Of a stretch of DNA of 64,000 nucleotides, positions 18,737-30,068 are shown piece by piece; the first letter of the stretch is position 1, and each line of letters starts with the position of its first letter. The notes under the pieces are model-generated. The model made no database searches. It was not told the origin of the DNA and was given only the letters and a program-made list of their open reading frames with translations. Source of the DNA: an uncultured delta proteobacterium (lineage in GTDB: Bacteria > Myxococcota > Kuafuiibacteriia > Kuafuiibacteriales > Kuafuiibacteriaceae); contig CAWDML010000003.1 of NCBI GenBank assembly GCA_963803435.1, forward strand, positions 320,001 to 384,000. The letters run 5' to 3'. The position numbers and the translations under genes were made by a program.

Positions 18737-21700
18737 GTGACCGCGGTGAGAGCCAGGATAGGTTGGATCATCTGCGCCTTCTTGGCGGGCTGCCCCGTCG
18801 AGGAGGACCATCCGCGCCCCCAGAATCCGAAGGCCCGCACGACGGCCGAGCCCGAGTCCGAGCCGCAAAACGAGCCGCCCTCCGACCTCTCGGCGCTGGC
18901 GCCCGTGATCGCGCCGGTCCCACAGTCGAGCGCGGCGCCGCAGAAGATCGTGGTGCACTTCCTGTATCCGGTCGTCGCCGCGCCGAACACGCCGGTCGAC
19001 GCGGCGAGGACCGAGGTCGTGGTCGAGCCGGAGCAAGGCCCGCCCGTCCCCGCGGTCCTACGGTTCGAGTCGGCCTCGACCCTCGAGATCCTGCCCACGG
19101 CGCCGTTCGCTCCGGATACGCAGTACCGGGTGCGGATGGAGCGCGTTCAGTTCTTCGATCAGCTGGTGAAGGGAAAGGTCGAGCAGACGTTCGAGACTCC
19201 GCCGTTCGGCTTCCTGCGGGCCGATCTCTCGTCCGTCGAGGCGGCCAAGAAACGGATCGCGATCGATCTGGTGTTCACCGGTCCCGTGCTGGTCGAGGAC
19301 GTGGAGCGGAGGGTCGACCTGCGGATCGGCAAACCGGTGAAAGCTCGGTTCGAGCGCACCGAACAGAGCAACGTGGTCCGGGCGACGGTCGGCGAGGTGG
19401 CCCTCGGGCGTGGCCGGAAGACGGTGGAGGTCTCGCTGGCGGAGGGCGTGCGGAGCCTCGACGGCACCTCGGTCGCCGGCGAGGCCCGGGCCACGCTGCG
19501 GATCCCGTTCGGCGAGCCGATCAAGATCTTCGGCGCGCACGTCCGCGAGGGGGCTTCGGGCTACTACGTCCAGGTGATCTGCAGCGACGCGGCGATCGGC
19601 AAGAACACGATGTACTTCTGGGACGAGGTCGCCCAGAACAGCTACGAGCTCTCGCGGCGCTGCGTGCTCGAGGAGGAGGATGCGAAGAACAGCATCCACT
19701 TCGAGCCGAAGGTCGACTTCACGGTGTCGCCGATGCGCGGCGGCTTCCGGATCCTCGCCAAGCTCGAGCGCGGCAGCTATACACTCCGGATCGATCCGGA
19801 CGCGCGCTCAGTCGACGGCGGCGTGCTCCTCTCCGCGTTCGTCGACAGCTTCTCGGTGCCCGCGCGCAGCCCGCAGGTGGGCTTCGTCTCCAAGGGGCGC
19901 TACCTGCCGAGGAGCGCCTGGCGACGGCTGGCCATCCGGCACCTCAACCTGTCGACGGCCACGCTCCGCGTGCGACACATCCCGCCCCAGAACCTGGTGT
20001 TCTGGCTCTCGGGCGAGTCTGAGGCGGCCGACGAGCGCAACTCGACCCTGATCCTCGAGCACGAGCTCCCGCTCCACGGCGACCCGGACGTCCTCACCAC
20101 CACCTGGATCGACGTCGGTCGGATCATGAAGAGCGCGCCCACCGGGGTCCTCGAGCTCGAGCTCTCCGGCAAGGGGATCAAGCAGCCGGCCCGCGCTCGG
20201 CTCTTGCTCACCGACATGAACCTGATCGCGAAGCGCGAGGAGAGCGGCCGCGTGCGCGCCTTTGCGATCGGCATCCACGACAACCAGCCGCTCGCGGGCG
20301 TGGAGGTGAAGCAGGTGGTCCCCAGCGGTCGCGTTGTCTCCACGTGTGTCACCGCGTGGGACGGCGCCTGCGAGCTGGCCGAGCTCTCCTCGAAGGCGCT
20401 CGATCAGACGCCCCCGTTTGCGATCCTCGCGACGCTCGGCGAAGACCTCACCTATCTCACGTTCGACGAGCTGCGCACGCCGATCTCGGAGGACGCGGTG
20501 CACGGCCGCTCCTATCGGGCCGAGTCGCCCTACACGGCGGCCATCTGGTCGGACCGCGGGGTCTATCGCCCGGGGGACACCGCGCACTTCGCCGCGATCA
20601 TCCGCGACCAGCAGTCGGTGTCGCCCGACGCCGGGATGCCGATCGTGTTCGAGCTCGCCGATCCCAAGCGCAAGGTGATGAAGCGGATCGTCGAGGAGAC
20701 CAACGACGCCGGTATGATCGCGTTCGACGTCTCCTTCGCCGACTTCGCCGCCACCGGTCGTTACCGGCTGGTCGCGCAGGCCGGTAAGCGGCAGCTCGGT
20801 GAGATGGAGTTCAACGTCGAGGAGTTCGTCCCCGAGCGGATGAAGGTCAAGGCGAGCGTCGTCCCTGAGCAGATGTTCGTCGAGGACGACGCGCGCGTGC
20901 GGATCGAGGCCGCCTACCTGTTCGGGGGCAGCGCTGCGGGGAGCCCGTTCGAGGTGACCTGCGAGCTCGCGCCCGCGGAGCTCCACCCGCGGAAGAACGC
21001 CGGCTGGGCGTACGGGGTCTGGACGGGGCGACCCATGTCTCCGATCCCGCTCGGCAAGGCCACCGGCGTGCTCGAGGAGGGCGGCGGCGGCAGCGTGCAG
21101 TGCCCCGAGCTCACCGGGCGCGGCCGCTTCGCCGGCACGGCCCGCGTCACGGCCGACGTCGCCGTCTTCGAGTCGGGCAGCGGCCGGACCACGCACGGAA
21201 GCGCCTCGGCGCTGGTGCATCCCGAGCACTTCTACGTGGGGCTCCGGAGCCCGGTCGGACAGGTGAACGCCGGCGATCAGCTGCCGGTGGAGGGCATCAC
21301 CGTCGACTGGGAGGGCGAGCCAATCAAGACCGTCCGCAACGTCGACCTGGCGCTCTACCGGGTCGAGAAGGAGCGCGACTGGGTCTACGACGAGGTCGAG
21401 GGCTACTGGAACTATCGCGAGTATCAGCGCCTGGTGCTGGAGGCGGAGCAGAAGGTCGCGGTGAAGAACGGCGCCTTCTCCCATACGTTCGCCATCGCCG
21501 AGGACGGCGGTGGGTTCGTGGTCCGCGCCCAGTCCGAGCGCGCCCGGACCGATCTCTTCGTTCAGGGGAGCGGGAGCTTCTTCTGGTACGGAAGCTGGGG
21601 CGAGGGCGAGGATCGCACGCCGCGGCCCATGCGTCCGGCCTCGATCGAGATCCGCGCGCCGGAGCAGGTCGCGCTCGGCGAGAAGGTGCCGGTCCACTTC

Positions 21701-24310
21701 ACCACGCCCTTCGCCGGGCGGGCGCTGATCACCGTGGAGACCGACGAGGTCGTCGAGCGGGAGTGGATGGACGTACCCGAGGGCGAGGTCGAGTATCCGT
21801 TCGAAGTCGAGCGCTTCGTGCCGAACGCCTACCTCTCGATCCTGGTGCTCAAGGATCCGCACGAGGACTCGCCGGCCTCGTTTCTCCCCGAGCGGGCCTT
21901 CGGTGTGCGGTCGATCCGCATCGAGCCGGCCGAGTTCGAGCGCCGGATGTCGATCCACGTCCCCGAGGAGGTGCGTTCGAACAGCCGCCTCGAGGTGAAC
22001 CTGGATCTGGGCGAGCTCGACGAGCCCACGTTCGTGACGGTGGCGGCGGTGGACGAGGGCGTCCTGTCCTTGACCAAGTTCCAGAGCCCGAACCCGTTCG
22101 ACTCGATCTTCGATCCCCGCGCCCTCGGTGTGGCCACGTTCGAGACGGTCGGATGGAACCTGCTCCTTCCGGCCGGTGGTCCCTCGCAGGCGACCGGCGG
22201 CGACGCGCTGAGCGGGCTCGACCGGGTGCAGCAGGTGAAGCCGGTGGCGCTGTGGTCGGGGCTGCTCGAGGTGCCGGCCAGCGGCAAGATCACGATCCCG
22301 TTCGACGTCCCCGAGTATCGCGGCCAGCTCCGGGTGATGGCGGTGGCCGCCGGGACGCGGCGGATGGCGCACGCAGAGGCCAAGGTGCTGGTGCGCGATC
22401 CGCTGGTCCTGCAGACGACGCTGCCGCGCTTCCTGATCGACGGCGATCGGGTGCGCGTGCCGGTGTTCGTCACGAACGTCTCGGGCGCGGACCAGATCGT
22501 GAAGGTCAGCGTCCACGCCGAGCCGCTCGACGGGACGAAGGCGAAGACCGCGCAGATCGAGATCTCCGGCCCGAGAGAGAAGACCCAGTCGATCGCGGAC
22601 CGCGCCAACGCGACGTTTCTCTTCGACCTGACGGCCAGGGCGCCGGTGGGCGCGGCCCGGCTCACGGTGACCGCCGAGGGTGGCGGCCACGTCTCCAAGG
22701 AGTCGCTGGACGTCCCGTTCTCGCCGAACGCCCCCAAGACCCGGGTGGTGAAGCGGATCCCACTCCCCGCGGGGCGCACCGAGGTCTCGCACCAGCTGAC
22801 CGGTTGGCTGCCGACGACCGAGCGGAGCACGTTCTGGGTCACCGCCAACCCGTACGGCGAGTCGTTCGAGCATCTGCAATATCTCTTGCAGTATCCCTAC
22901 GGGTGCGTGGAGCAGACGGTGTCGTCGAGCCGGCCGCTCCTGTTCATCGGCAAGTTCCTCCCCAACGTGGATCCACGCGCGACGCTGGGGAAGAGCGTCG
23001 ACGAGCTGGTGATGCTCGGCGTGAACCGGGTGCTCTCGATGCAGACGCCGGACGGCGGCTTCGCCTACTGGCCCGGCGGGAACGAGGCGGTGGGCTGGGG
23101 GACGGCCTACGCGCTCCACTTCCTCCTCGACGCCAAGAACGCCGGCTATCCCGTCCCCGAGGCTCGGGTCGACGACGCGGTCGCCTGGGTGGAGCGAGCG
23201 CTCGACCAGCCCGAGACCGACCGCTGGGACGACGTTCACGCGCGCCCCTATCTCCACTACGTCGCCTCGCTGGCGGGGCGGGGTCGCAAGGCCGAGATGC
23301 TGCGGGCCGTCGAGACGCTCGAGAGCAACAAGGCGAGCGAGCGGTCCACCGAGGAGCGCTACCTCCTGAAGGCGGGCCTCTACGCCATGGGCGACCGCAG
23401 CTTCGAGTCCGATCTCAAGGACCTCGATCTGAGCCCGATCAGCGACGCGCGTACGAATGGCTGGACGTTCTGGTCCGACCGGCGCGCGCGAGGCTTCATG
23501 CTGAGCACCTTCGTCGATCTCTTCGGCCGCGATCCCGCCGGCGAGCGGATGGCGACGCTGGTGGCCGAGTCGCTCCGCGGACATCGGAGCAGCTGGTACA
23601 CCACGCAGGAGCTGGTCTGGGGCATCACCGGCCTCGGCAAGTACGCCGGCGAGGTGGCCACCACCTTCGAGCCGCCGCGGCTCTGGATCGGGAAGAAGGA
23701 GATGGAGGCCACGTCGGGCGACGGCAACGAGCGGACCTGGGCCATCCCGCGCGCCAGCGAGCGCCGGCGGATCTCGATCGAGGTGAAACAGAGCGATCAT
23801 CCGCTGTATCTGGTGCTCTCCAGCGAAGGCGTGCAGCGGAACGCCTCCTGGGACCTCGGCGGGGACGGTCTCTCGATCCAGCGCGACTTCCGGCGCCCCA
23901 ACGGCGAGCCGATCGGGCTCTCGGACGGATCGCTGAAGCTCGGTGACGTCATCTACGCGATCGTCACCGTGGAGAACACGACCGGGGCGCCGATCCAGAA
24001 CGTGGCGGTCGTCGATCGCTTCCCTGCGGGCTGGGAGATCGAGAATCCCCGCCTCGGGCGCTCGCAGGCGATCGACTGGATCGATCAGAAGGAGATCTGG
24101 GCGCCCGATCATCTGGAGCTGCGCGACGATCGGATCGAGGTCTTCGGTGCGCTCGGCCCGAAGGAGGCGCGCCGCGTGGTCTACGCGCTTCGCGCCGTCA
24201 GCTCCGGCCGCTTCGCGATGCCGCCGGCCGAGGCCGAGGCCATGTACGATCCGTCGTTCTGGGCGCGGGCCGCCGGCGGCACGGTGCTGGTCAAGGGGCC
24301 GTGGGACTGA
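18737..24310 (+). CDS. Bacterial alpha-2-macroglobulin lipoprotein (YfhM-like)
   Basis: 1857 aa. Lipobox LAGC, MG2 motif SDRGVYRPGD, FNVEEFVPERM, AAVDEGVL, thioester motif YPYGCVEQ, SMQTPDGGFAYWPG and C-terminal AEAMYDP. Followed by pbpC. Confidence 0.93.
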   Translation: MTAVRARIGWIICAFLAGCPVEEDHPRPQNPKARTTAEPESEPQNEPPSDLSALAPVIAPVPQSSAAPQKIVVHFLYPVVAAPNTPVDAARTEVVVEPEQGPPVPAVLRFESASTLEILPTAPFAPDTQYRVRMERVQFFDQLVKGKVEQTFETPPFGFLRADLSSVEAAKKRIAIDLVFTGPVLVEDVERRVDLRIGKPVKARFERTEQSNVVRATVGEVALGRGRKTVEVSLAEGVRSLDGTSVAGEARATLRIPFGEPIKIFGAHVREGASGYYVQVICSDAAIGKNTMYFWDEVAQNSYELSRRCVLEEEDAKNSIHFEPKVDFTVSPMRGGFRILAKLERGSYTLRIDPDARSVDGGVLLSAFVDSFSVPARSPQVGFVSKGRYLPRSAWRRLAIRHLNLSTATLRVRHIPPQNLVFWLSGESEAADERNSTLILEHELPLHGDPDVLTTTWIDVGRIMKSAPTGVLELELSGKGIKQPARARLLLTDMNLIAKREESGRVRAFAIGIHDNQPLAGVEVKQVVPSGRVVSTCVTAWDGACELAELSSKALDQTPPFAILATLGEDLTYLTFDELRTPISEDAVHGRSYRAESPYTAAIWSDRGVYRPGDTAHFAAIIRDQQSVSPDAGMPIVFELADPKRKVMKRIVEETNDAGMIAFDVSFADFAATGRYRLVAQAGKRQLGEMEFNVEEFVPERMKVKASVVPEQMFVEDDARVRIEAAYLFGGSAAGSPFEVTCELAPAELHPRKNAGWAYGVWTGRPMSPIPLGKATGVLEEGGGGSVQCPELTGRGRFAGTARVTADVAVFESGSGRTTHGSASALVHPEHFYVGLRSPVGQVNAGDQLPVEGITVDWEGEPIKTVRNVDLALYRVEKERDWVYDEVEGYWNYREYQRLVLEAEQKVAVKNGAFSHTFAIAEDGGGFVVRAQSERARTDLFVQGSGSFFWYGSWGEGEDRTPRPMRPASIEIRAPEQVALGEKVPVHFTTPFAGRALITVETDEVVEREWMDVPEGEVEYPFEVERFVPNAYLSILVLKDPHEDSPASFLPERAFGVRSIRIEPAEFERRMSIHVPEEVRSNSRLEVNLDLGELDEPTFVTVAAVDEGVLSLTKFQSPNPFDSIFDPRALGVATFETVGWNLLLPAGGPSQATGGDALSGLDRVQQVKPVALWSGLLEVPASGKITIPFDVPEYRGQLRVMAVAAGTRRMAHAEAKVLVRDPLVLQTTLPRFLIDGDRVRVPVFVTNVSGADQIVKVSVHAEPLDGTKAKTAQIEISGPREKTQSIADRANATFLFDLTARAPVGAARLTVTAEGGGHVSKESLDVPFSPNAPKTRVVKRIPLPAGRTEVSHQLTGWLPTTERSTFWVTANPYGESFEHLQYLLQYPYGCVEQTVSSSRPLLFIGKFLPNVDPRATLGKSVDELVMLGVNRVLSMQTPDGGFAYWPGGNEAVGWGTAYALHFLLDAKNAGYPVPEARVDDAVAWVERALDQPETDRWDDVHARPYLHYVASLAGRGRKAEMLRAVETLESNKASERSTEERYLLKAGLYAMGDRSFESDLKDLDLSPISDARTNGWTFWSDRRARGFMLSTFVDLFGRDPAGERMATLVAESLRGHRSSWYTTQELVWGITGLGKYAGEVATTFEPPRLWIGKKEMEATSGDGNERTWAIPRASERRRISIEVKQSDHPLYLVLSSEGVQRNASWDLGGDGLSIQRDFRRPNGEPIGLSDGSLKLGDVIYAIVTVENTTGAPIQNVAVVDRFPAGWEIENPRLGRSQAIDWIDQKEIWAPDHLELRDDRIEVFGALGPKEARRVVYALRAVSSGRFAMPPAEAEAMYDPSFWARAAGGTVLVKGPWD

Positions 24311-26590
24311 GGAGGCGCCCGCTCCGTGCGGCGCTCTTCGGGTGCGCCGGCCTCCTCGCCGCCTGGCTCCTGACGCTGCTCCTCGCCCGCCTGATCCCGC
24401 TGCCCGAGGGCTACTTCCCGGTGGGCTCGACCGTCGTCGAGTTCCGCGACGGCTCGACCGCGTTCGTCTTCCTCTCACCCGATGACAAGTGGCGGATCGA
24501 TCGCGACTCATCCGAGATCGATCCGGCCTACGTGCGCGCGCTGATCCGGCTCGAAGATCAGCGCTTCTATGCCCACGGCGGCGTCGATCTCCTGGCCGTC
24601 GCCCGGGCGATGGTGTCGAACCTGTGGCACCGCCGGATCGTCTCCGGCGCCTCGACGATCACGATGCAGCTCGTCCGCATGCGCGAGCCGCGCGCGCGCA
24701 CGATCGCGTCCAAGCTGATCGAGAGCTTCCGTGCGCTCCAGATCGAGGCGCGCTTCGACAAGGCGCGGATCCTGGCGCTCTACCTGACGCACGTCCCCTA
24801 CGGGCGCAATGTCGAGGGCGTCGAGGCGGCCGCGCTGGCGTACTTCGGCCACCGGGCCGGTGCGCTCTCCCGGGAGGAGATCGCGACGCTCCTGGCCGTG
24901 CCGCAGAACCCGAACGCGCGCTATCCGAGGCCGGAGAATGCGCGGCGGTTGGAGGCGGCGCGCGACGGGATCGCGGCGCGGCTGTCGCTCGGCCCGCTCG
25001 AGGGGCCGCCCCCTGCTCGCCTGCTGGCGTTCCCGAGGATGGCCCCGCACGCCGCTCGCTGGCTCCGCGCGCAGCATCCGGAGACCGTACGCCTCCGGAC
25101 TACCCTGGACCGCGGCGCGCAGCGGCTGGCCGAGCAGACGCTCCGGGAGGAGTCGCGGCGGCTGGGCGCGCTCGGCATCCACAACGCGACCGCGGTGGTG
25201 ATCGATCACCGCGCCGCGGAGGTCCGCGCCCTGGTGGGCAATTCGGACTTCTGGGACTCGTCCCACGGCGGACAGATCGCCGGCTTCGATCGCCCCCGCT
25301 CGCCGGGCTCGGCGCTGAAGCCGTTCCTCTATGCGCTGGCGATCGATCGGGGTCTGGCGCTCCCCGAGCACCTGGTCCTCGACGTGCCCGTCGAGTACGG
25401 CACCTACGCGCCCGACAACTACGACGGCCGCTGGTCCGGCCTGGTGACGCTCGAGGAGGCGCTCTCGCGATCGCTCAACATCCCGTTCGTGAACCTCCTG
25501 GCGCAGCTCGGCGTCGACCGCTTCATCGGCGATCTGTCGGCGTGCGGCGTCGAGAGCCTGATCGATCAGCCCGGCTTCTACGGGCTCTCGGCGGCGATCG
25601 GCGGCCTCGAGGTGACCCCGCTCGAGCTGGCCGGGCTCTTCGCGGCGCTGGCGGAGGACGGCGCCTGCCGCGCCCCCGCGATCCTGGCCTCGACCGAGCG
25701 CAAGGGTCCGATCGCGGCCTTCTCCCCCTCGGCCGCCTGGCTCACGCGCCGCGCGCTCCGCATCCGCGATCGCCCCGACTTCCCGGCGCGCCGCAGCCTC
25801 GCGCGCACGCCCCATGGGATTCACTGGAAGACCGGTACCAGCTACGGTCACCGCGACGCCTGGGCCGCCGGCTCGACCGCCGACTTCACGGCGGTGATCT
25901 GGACCGGCAACTTCGACAACACGCCGAGCGTCCACCTGGTGGGCGCCGACGCCTCCGGCCCGATCCTGTTCGATCTCCTCGAGGCGCTCGGGGACCACGG
26001 CGCCGAGTCGCCGCCACCCTCCGATCTGGTGACCGTGGAGGTCTGCGCCTTCTCGGGACGCCTCGCCGCACCCGGCTGCCCTCACCGGCGACGGATCCTG
26101 GCGCCGCGACGCCACGTGCCCACCGAGCGCTGCCCGTACCACGTCGCGGTCGACGTCGATCTCGTAACCGGTCTGGCGCTGACGCCGGACTGCCGGAGCG
26201 GCAAGCGCTACGCGCACCGGAGCTTCATCTCGTTCCCGCCGGCGCTGGCCCGCCACCTCGCACCCGAGCTCCGCAGCCTGCCCGGGCCGCCGGAATCTCG
26301 CGCCCGAGTGCGCACCCGCGACCGCGCTCGAGCCGCGGATCGTCTCGCCGGCACGAGGTAAGCGCGTGATGCTGATGCCAGGCCTCTCGCCGGAGGACCA
26401 GGAGGTCCCGCTGGCCGCCGAGGGCGGAGGTCGCCGGGCCAGCTGGTTCGTGGATGGGCGCTTCCTCGGCACGGTGCCGATGCACGAGCGCCTTTGGTGG
26501 GCCCCGTCGCCGGGCACGCACGAGCTGGTGGTGACCGACGAGAGCGGCGCCAGTGCTTCCTCGCGTCTGCTCGTGGAGCGATCGGAGTAG
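24301..26590 (+). CDS. pbpC: Penicillin-binding protein 1C (one apparent +1 frameshift ~26294)
   Basis: Transglycosylase EDQRFYAHGGVD and GASTITMQL, transpeptidase SALK, SLN and KTGT. Deleting one A in GGAA (~26294) joins to ORF 26366..26590 (WFVDGRFLG..PGTHELVVTD, BiPBP_C-like). Confidence 0.9.
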
Positions 26591-26739
26591 TGGGTCGGCT
26601 CTGGAGGGACTGCCCACATCGAGGCGCGTAAGCGGCAAGCGAACATGCGCACGACGTGCACATCCGCCGCCGCTCGGCTGAGCCAAAGCCAACCGAGGGA
26701 TGCGCTCGGAGCGGGCACCGACAAGCTGTGGCGCTCGCG

Positions 26740-27411
26740 TCAGAGCGCCGGGATCGTGGCGGTCATGCCGTCGGCGAGCTGCACGAAGAGGGCGGGGACG
26801 CCGTGGAGATCGGTGACCGCGAAGACGTTGGCGATGGAGCCTTCGGCCAAATGCGGAAGCGCGAAGTGGACGTCGGGTTGGTGGTCGCCGTCGACGTCGA
26901 GGCCCAGCGTATACGCGCCTGCGGGGACCTCGACCGCGTCGCTGGCGGTGCCGAACTCCAGCTCTTGCCGTAGGTCAGGCCGGTCGCGAGCGGGGCGCCG
27001 CCGCCCAGGTCGAGCACGTCGACCGGACCGAGGTCGGGGGCGGCGTGGACAATCCGCAGGGTGTCGATCCGATCGTCGAAGGTGAGCGTACGATCGGCGA
27101 GCACCACGGCCGAGTAGGACCGCCCCGGCTCCAGGTTGACCTCGAAGGTGGCAATCCGCTGGCCACCGCTGGCGACGTCAATCAGGTCTCGACCCGCGGG
27201 AAGATCGAGGTACGGCGAGACCTCCCCGAAAGCCAGGTTGCGGTAGGACGGCGTCGGGCCCGCCGACGAAAAGGTCGACGGCAGCGGCGCCGGGCGCCAT
27301 GTGGATCGCGCGGAGCGCGGCGTGGCGGGGCGTCGTGATCGGCGGCTCCATCGGGGACGAGCACGCGATCGTGAAGAGGGCAGACAGCGACGTAGCGAAG
27401 CGGAGGTTGAT
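26740..27411 (-). pseudogene. DUF4397-domain lipoprotein, interrupted (two frameshifts, ATC at the expected start)
   Basis: Segments LRAIHMAPGAAAVDLFV / NLAFGEVSPYLDLPAG..LRIVHAAPDLGPVDV / FGTASDAVEVPAGAYTLGLDVDGD lie in three different frames. Lipobox TIAC. SD AAAGGAG upstream of ATC-AAC-CTC. Confidence 0.65.
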
Positions 27412-27629
27412 CGGCTTCGGGCTCCTTTCCAGAGGTGCAGGACGTTTACGGACGTCACTTCGCCGGCGCCGTCTCGCTGGATGCAGGCGATGACCGATTT
27501 CCTCCGAGCCTGACGCATATACCCGAAAGCACATGGCGAACTGGCCCGGGGTCCAGTCGCGCACGGTGACGTCGAACACAGGTCGACTTCATCGGCAGGA
27601 TCGTGCTTCGTTTTGCCGGGCTCCAGCGA

Positions 27630-30068
27630 ATGGGAGATTCAGAGAAGACCCCGTCCTCCGATCCGCCCGAGGCCGTCGGGCGGATCGTCCTCTGGTTCGA
27701 CAGGCTCACCGGAAAGATCGCGCCCCTTTGTCACCGTCATCCGTTCCGTGCGCTCGGCGTGACGGCGCTCCTTCTCGGCCTCTCGCTGTTCTTCGCGCGG
27801 CAGGTCCGCCTCGACACGGATCTGGTGGCGCTCCTCCCGGAGGGCTTCCCGTCGGTCCAGAGCCTCGCCGTGCTCAAGCAGCGGTTCGGCGTGGTGGGAA
27901 ACATCGTGATCCTCGCCCGCGGCGACGATCCGCAGCAGCTGAAGCGCTTCGCCGACGACGTGGCCGTCGAGCTGGAGAAGCTCGACACGGTCGACTTCGT
28001 GATGCGCCGCCGCACCGACGAGTTCTTCCGCAACCATGCGCTCTACTACCTCGAGGTCGAAGACATCGAGCTGATCGCGGATCGGATCAACGAGACGATC
28101 ATCTGGCACAAAAAGCAGGCGAACCCGCTGCTCGTCGATCTGGACGCGGCCGAGAAGCCCTCGCTCGACTTCCACGACCTGGAGAGCAAGCGCTCCCCCC
28201 TCAAGCGCAGCCTGGGAGGCTCCAAGGTCGCGGGTGGCACCCACTACATGGGTGAAGACGGCCACCTGATCGCGGTGTTCGTCCGGCCGATCAAGCGCGC
28301 GTCCGACTATGCCTTCACGAAGCAGGTGATGGGGGACGTCGAGCGCGTGATCGGCGGCGTCGACCGGAGCGCCTACAGCATCGACGACATCCAGATCGGA
28401 GGCCGGTACCAGAAGCGCCTCGCGCAGCAGTCGATCATCGAGCATGATCTCGCGACGACCTCGACGGTCGCGACGCTGCTCCTCGTCCTCTACATCCTCT
28501 TCCACTTCCGCCGGATCTCCTCGATCCCGCTGCTCCTGGTCCCGCTGCTCGCCGGCCTCGCCTGCGTCCTGGGCCTGACCGGGCTCTTCTTCGGCACGCT
28601 CAACATCCTCACCGCCTTCGTGGGCGCGATCCTGCTCGGTCTCGGGATCGATCACGGGATCCACCTCCTCGGCCGCTATCAGTACGAGCGGCGGATGGGC
28701 GTCCCCGAGCTGAGGGCGATCCAGGTGACGTTCACCAGCACCGGGCGGGGGGTGGCGCTCGCAGGCTTGACCACCGCGGTCGGCTTCGCGGGCCTCGCGA
28801 TCTCCGAGTTCCGTGCGTTCCGCGAGTTCGGGATCATCGCGGCCGCCGGCGTCATCCTGGTCGTGATCGCGTACCTCACGGTCCTGCCCGCGATGCTCGC
28901 CGTCTTCGGCCGATTCGTCGGGAGCCGCGGGTCCGAGTCGGCGGATCGACCGCTCGTCTCCTGGACCCTCCGCCATTCGAAGCCGCTCTTCGTCGGCGTG
29001 AGCCTGTTGGCCCTCCTCGTGATGCTCAAAGGGCGCTCGGTGGAGTTCGACTACGACTTTCGCAGCCTGGAGGGCGGCGACATCCCCGCGTACGCGCTCG
29101 ATCAGGTGATCGACGGGCTGATCGGACACAAGCAGACGCCGGTGGTGGTGTTCGTCGACTCCGCGGACGAGGAGAAGGAGGCGGTCGCAGAGCTCCGGAA
29201 GCGGATCGACGAGGAGGGCGCCGGCGCGACGATCGACTTCGTGATCGCGTCCGCCGACGTGGTTCCAGCCGGACAGGCCGAGAAGAGGGAGGCCTTGAAG
29301 CAGCTCTTGGATGTCCTCGGCCACGTCCCCGAGGACGCGCTCGAGGGCCACGACCGCGACACCTTCGACTCGCTGGTGGAGATGGCGCGCACCGAGCCCT
29401 TCGACTTCGCCGACCTTCCGGAGGACATCCGGCGTCAGTTCCACGGGAGCGGCGTCATCCTCGTCTTCCCCGCGGTCAGCCTGACCGACGGGAAGCGCGT
29501 GCTCGAGCTCTCCGACGACGTGCGCCACCTCGAGGTCTCGCAGGGGAAGACGGTCTCCGCGGCGGGGGAGGCGATGGTGCTCGCAGACATTCTCCGCATG
29601 GTCCTGCGCGAGTCGCCGATCGTGGTCTCGGTGACCTTGATCCTGGTGTTCCTCTCGATGTGGGCGCTGCTGGGGCGGCTCCGCCTGGCGGCGTTCTGCA
29701 TCCTGCCGGCAATGCTCACGGTGTTCTGCACGTTCGGGCTCACCGCGCTGTTCCAGGTGAAGCTCAACTATCTGAACATCGTGATCCTCCCGGTGCTCTT
29801 CGGGATGGCGGTCGACGCCGGCGTCCATATGGTGACCCGCGGCATCTTCTCGAGGACCGACGTGGCTGAGGCGCTCAGCGAGACCGGTCGGGGCGTCTGG
29901 GGATCGAGCGTCACCACTGCGATGGGGTTCGGCGCGCTGCTGCTCGCCCACCACCCCGGCTTGAACTCATTCGGTCAGGTCGCGCTGATCGGTCTGGGAA
30001 TGATCGTGATCTCGTCGCTCGTCTGGCTCACCGCGCTGATCGGTCTGTTGACCAAGGCCCGCTCATGA
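27630..30068 (+). CDS. MMPL/RND-family (HpnN-like) transporter
   Basis: Two TM clusters with AILLGLGIDHGIH and LFGMAVDAGVH motifs, LTTAVGF and VTTAMGF, and large periplasmic loops. Confidence 0.88.
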   Translation: MGDSEKTPSSDPPEAVGRIVLWFDRLTGKIAPLCHRHPFRALGVTALLLGLSLFFARQVRLDTDLVALLPEGFPSVQSLAVLKQRFGVVGNIVILARGDDPQQLKRFADDVAVELEKLDTVDFVMRRRTDEFFRNHALYYLEVEDIELIADRINETIIWHKKQANPLLVDLDAAEKPSLDFHDLESKRSPLKRSLGGSKVAGGTHYMGEDGHLIAVFVRPIKRASDYAFTKQVMGDVERVIGGVDRSAYSIDDIQIGGRYQKRLAQQSIIEHDLATTSTVATLLLVLYILFHFRRISSIPLLLVPLLAGLACVLGLTGLFFGTLNILTAFVGAILLGLGIDHGIHLLGRYQYERRMGVPELRAIQVTFTSTGRGVALAGLTTAVGFAGLAISEFRAFREFGIIAAAGVILVVIAYLTVLPAMLAVFGRFVGSRGSESADRPLVSWTLRHSKPLFVGVSLLALLVMLKGRSVEFDYDFRSLEGGDIPAYALDQVIDGLIGHKQTPVVVFVDSADEEKEAVAELRKRIDEEGAGATIDFVIASADVVPAGQAEKREALKQLLDVLGHVPEDALEGHDRDTFDSLVEMARTEPFDFADLPEDIRRQFHGSGVILVFPAVSLTDGKRVLELSDDVRHLEVSQGKTVSAAGEAMVLADILRMVLRESPIVVSVTLILVFLSMWALLGRLRLAAFCILPAMLTVFCTFGLTALFQVKLNYLNIVILPVLFGMAVDAGVHMVTRGIFSRTDVAEALSETGRGVWGSSVTTAMGFGALLLAHHPGLNSFGQVALIGLGMIVISSLVWLTALIGLLTKARS

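Noticed and set aside
19808-24511. 1567-aa antisense ORF opposite alpha-2-macroglobulin
   Set aside because: Shadow ORF caused by high-GC codon bias. It has no motifs and the sense strand is clearly A2M.
18737-26590. A2M-pbpC as a novel system
   Set aside because: This is the well-known conserved pair (yfhM-pbpC type), with a canonical CxEQ thioester motif.
27431-27629. Small ORFs in the spacer between the DUF4397 gene and the MMPL transporter
   Set aside because: No recognisable motifs or convincing SD. More likely a divergent promoter region.
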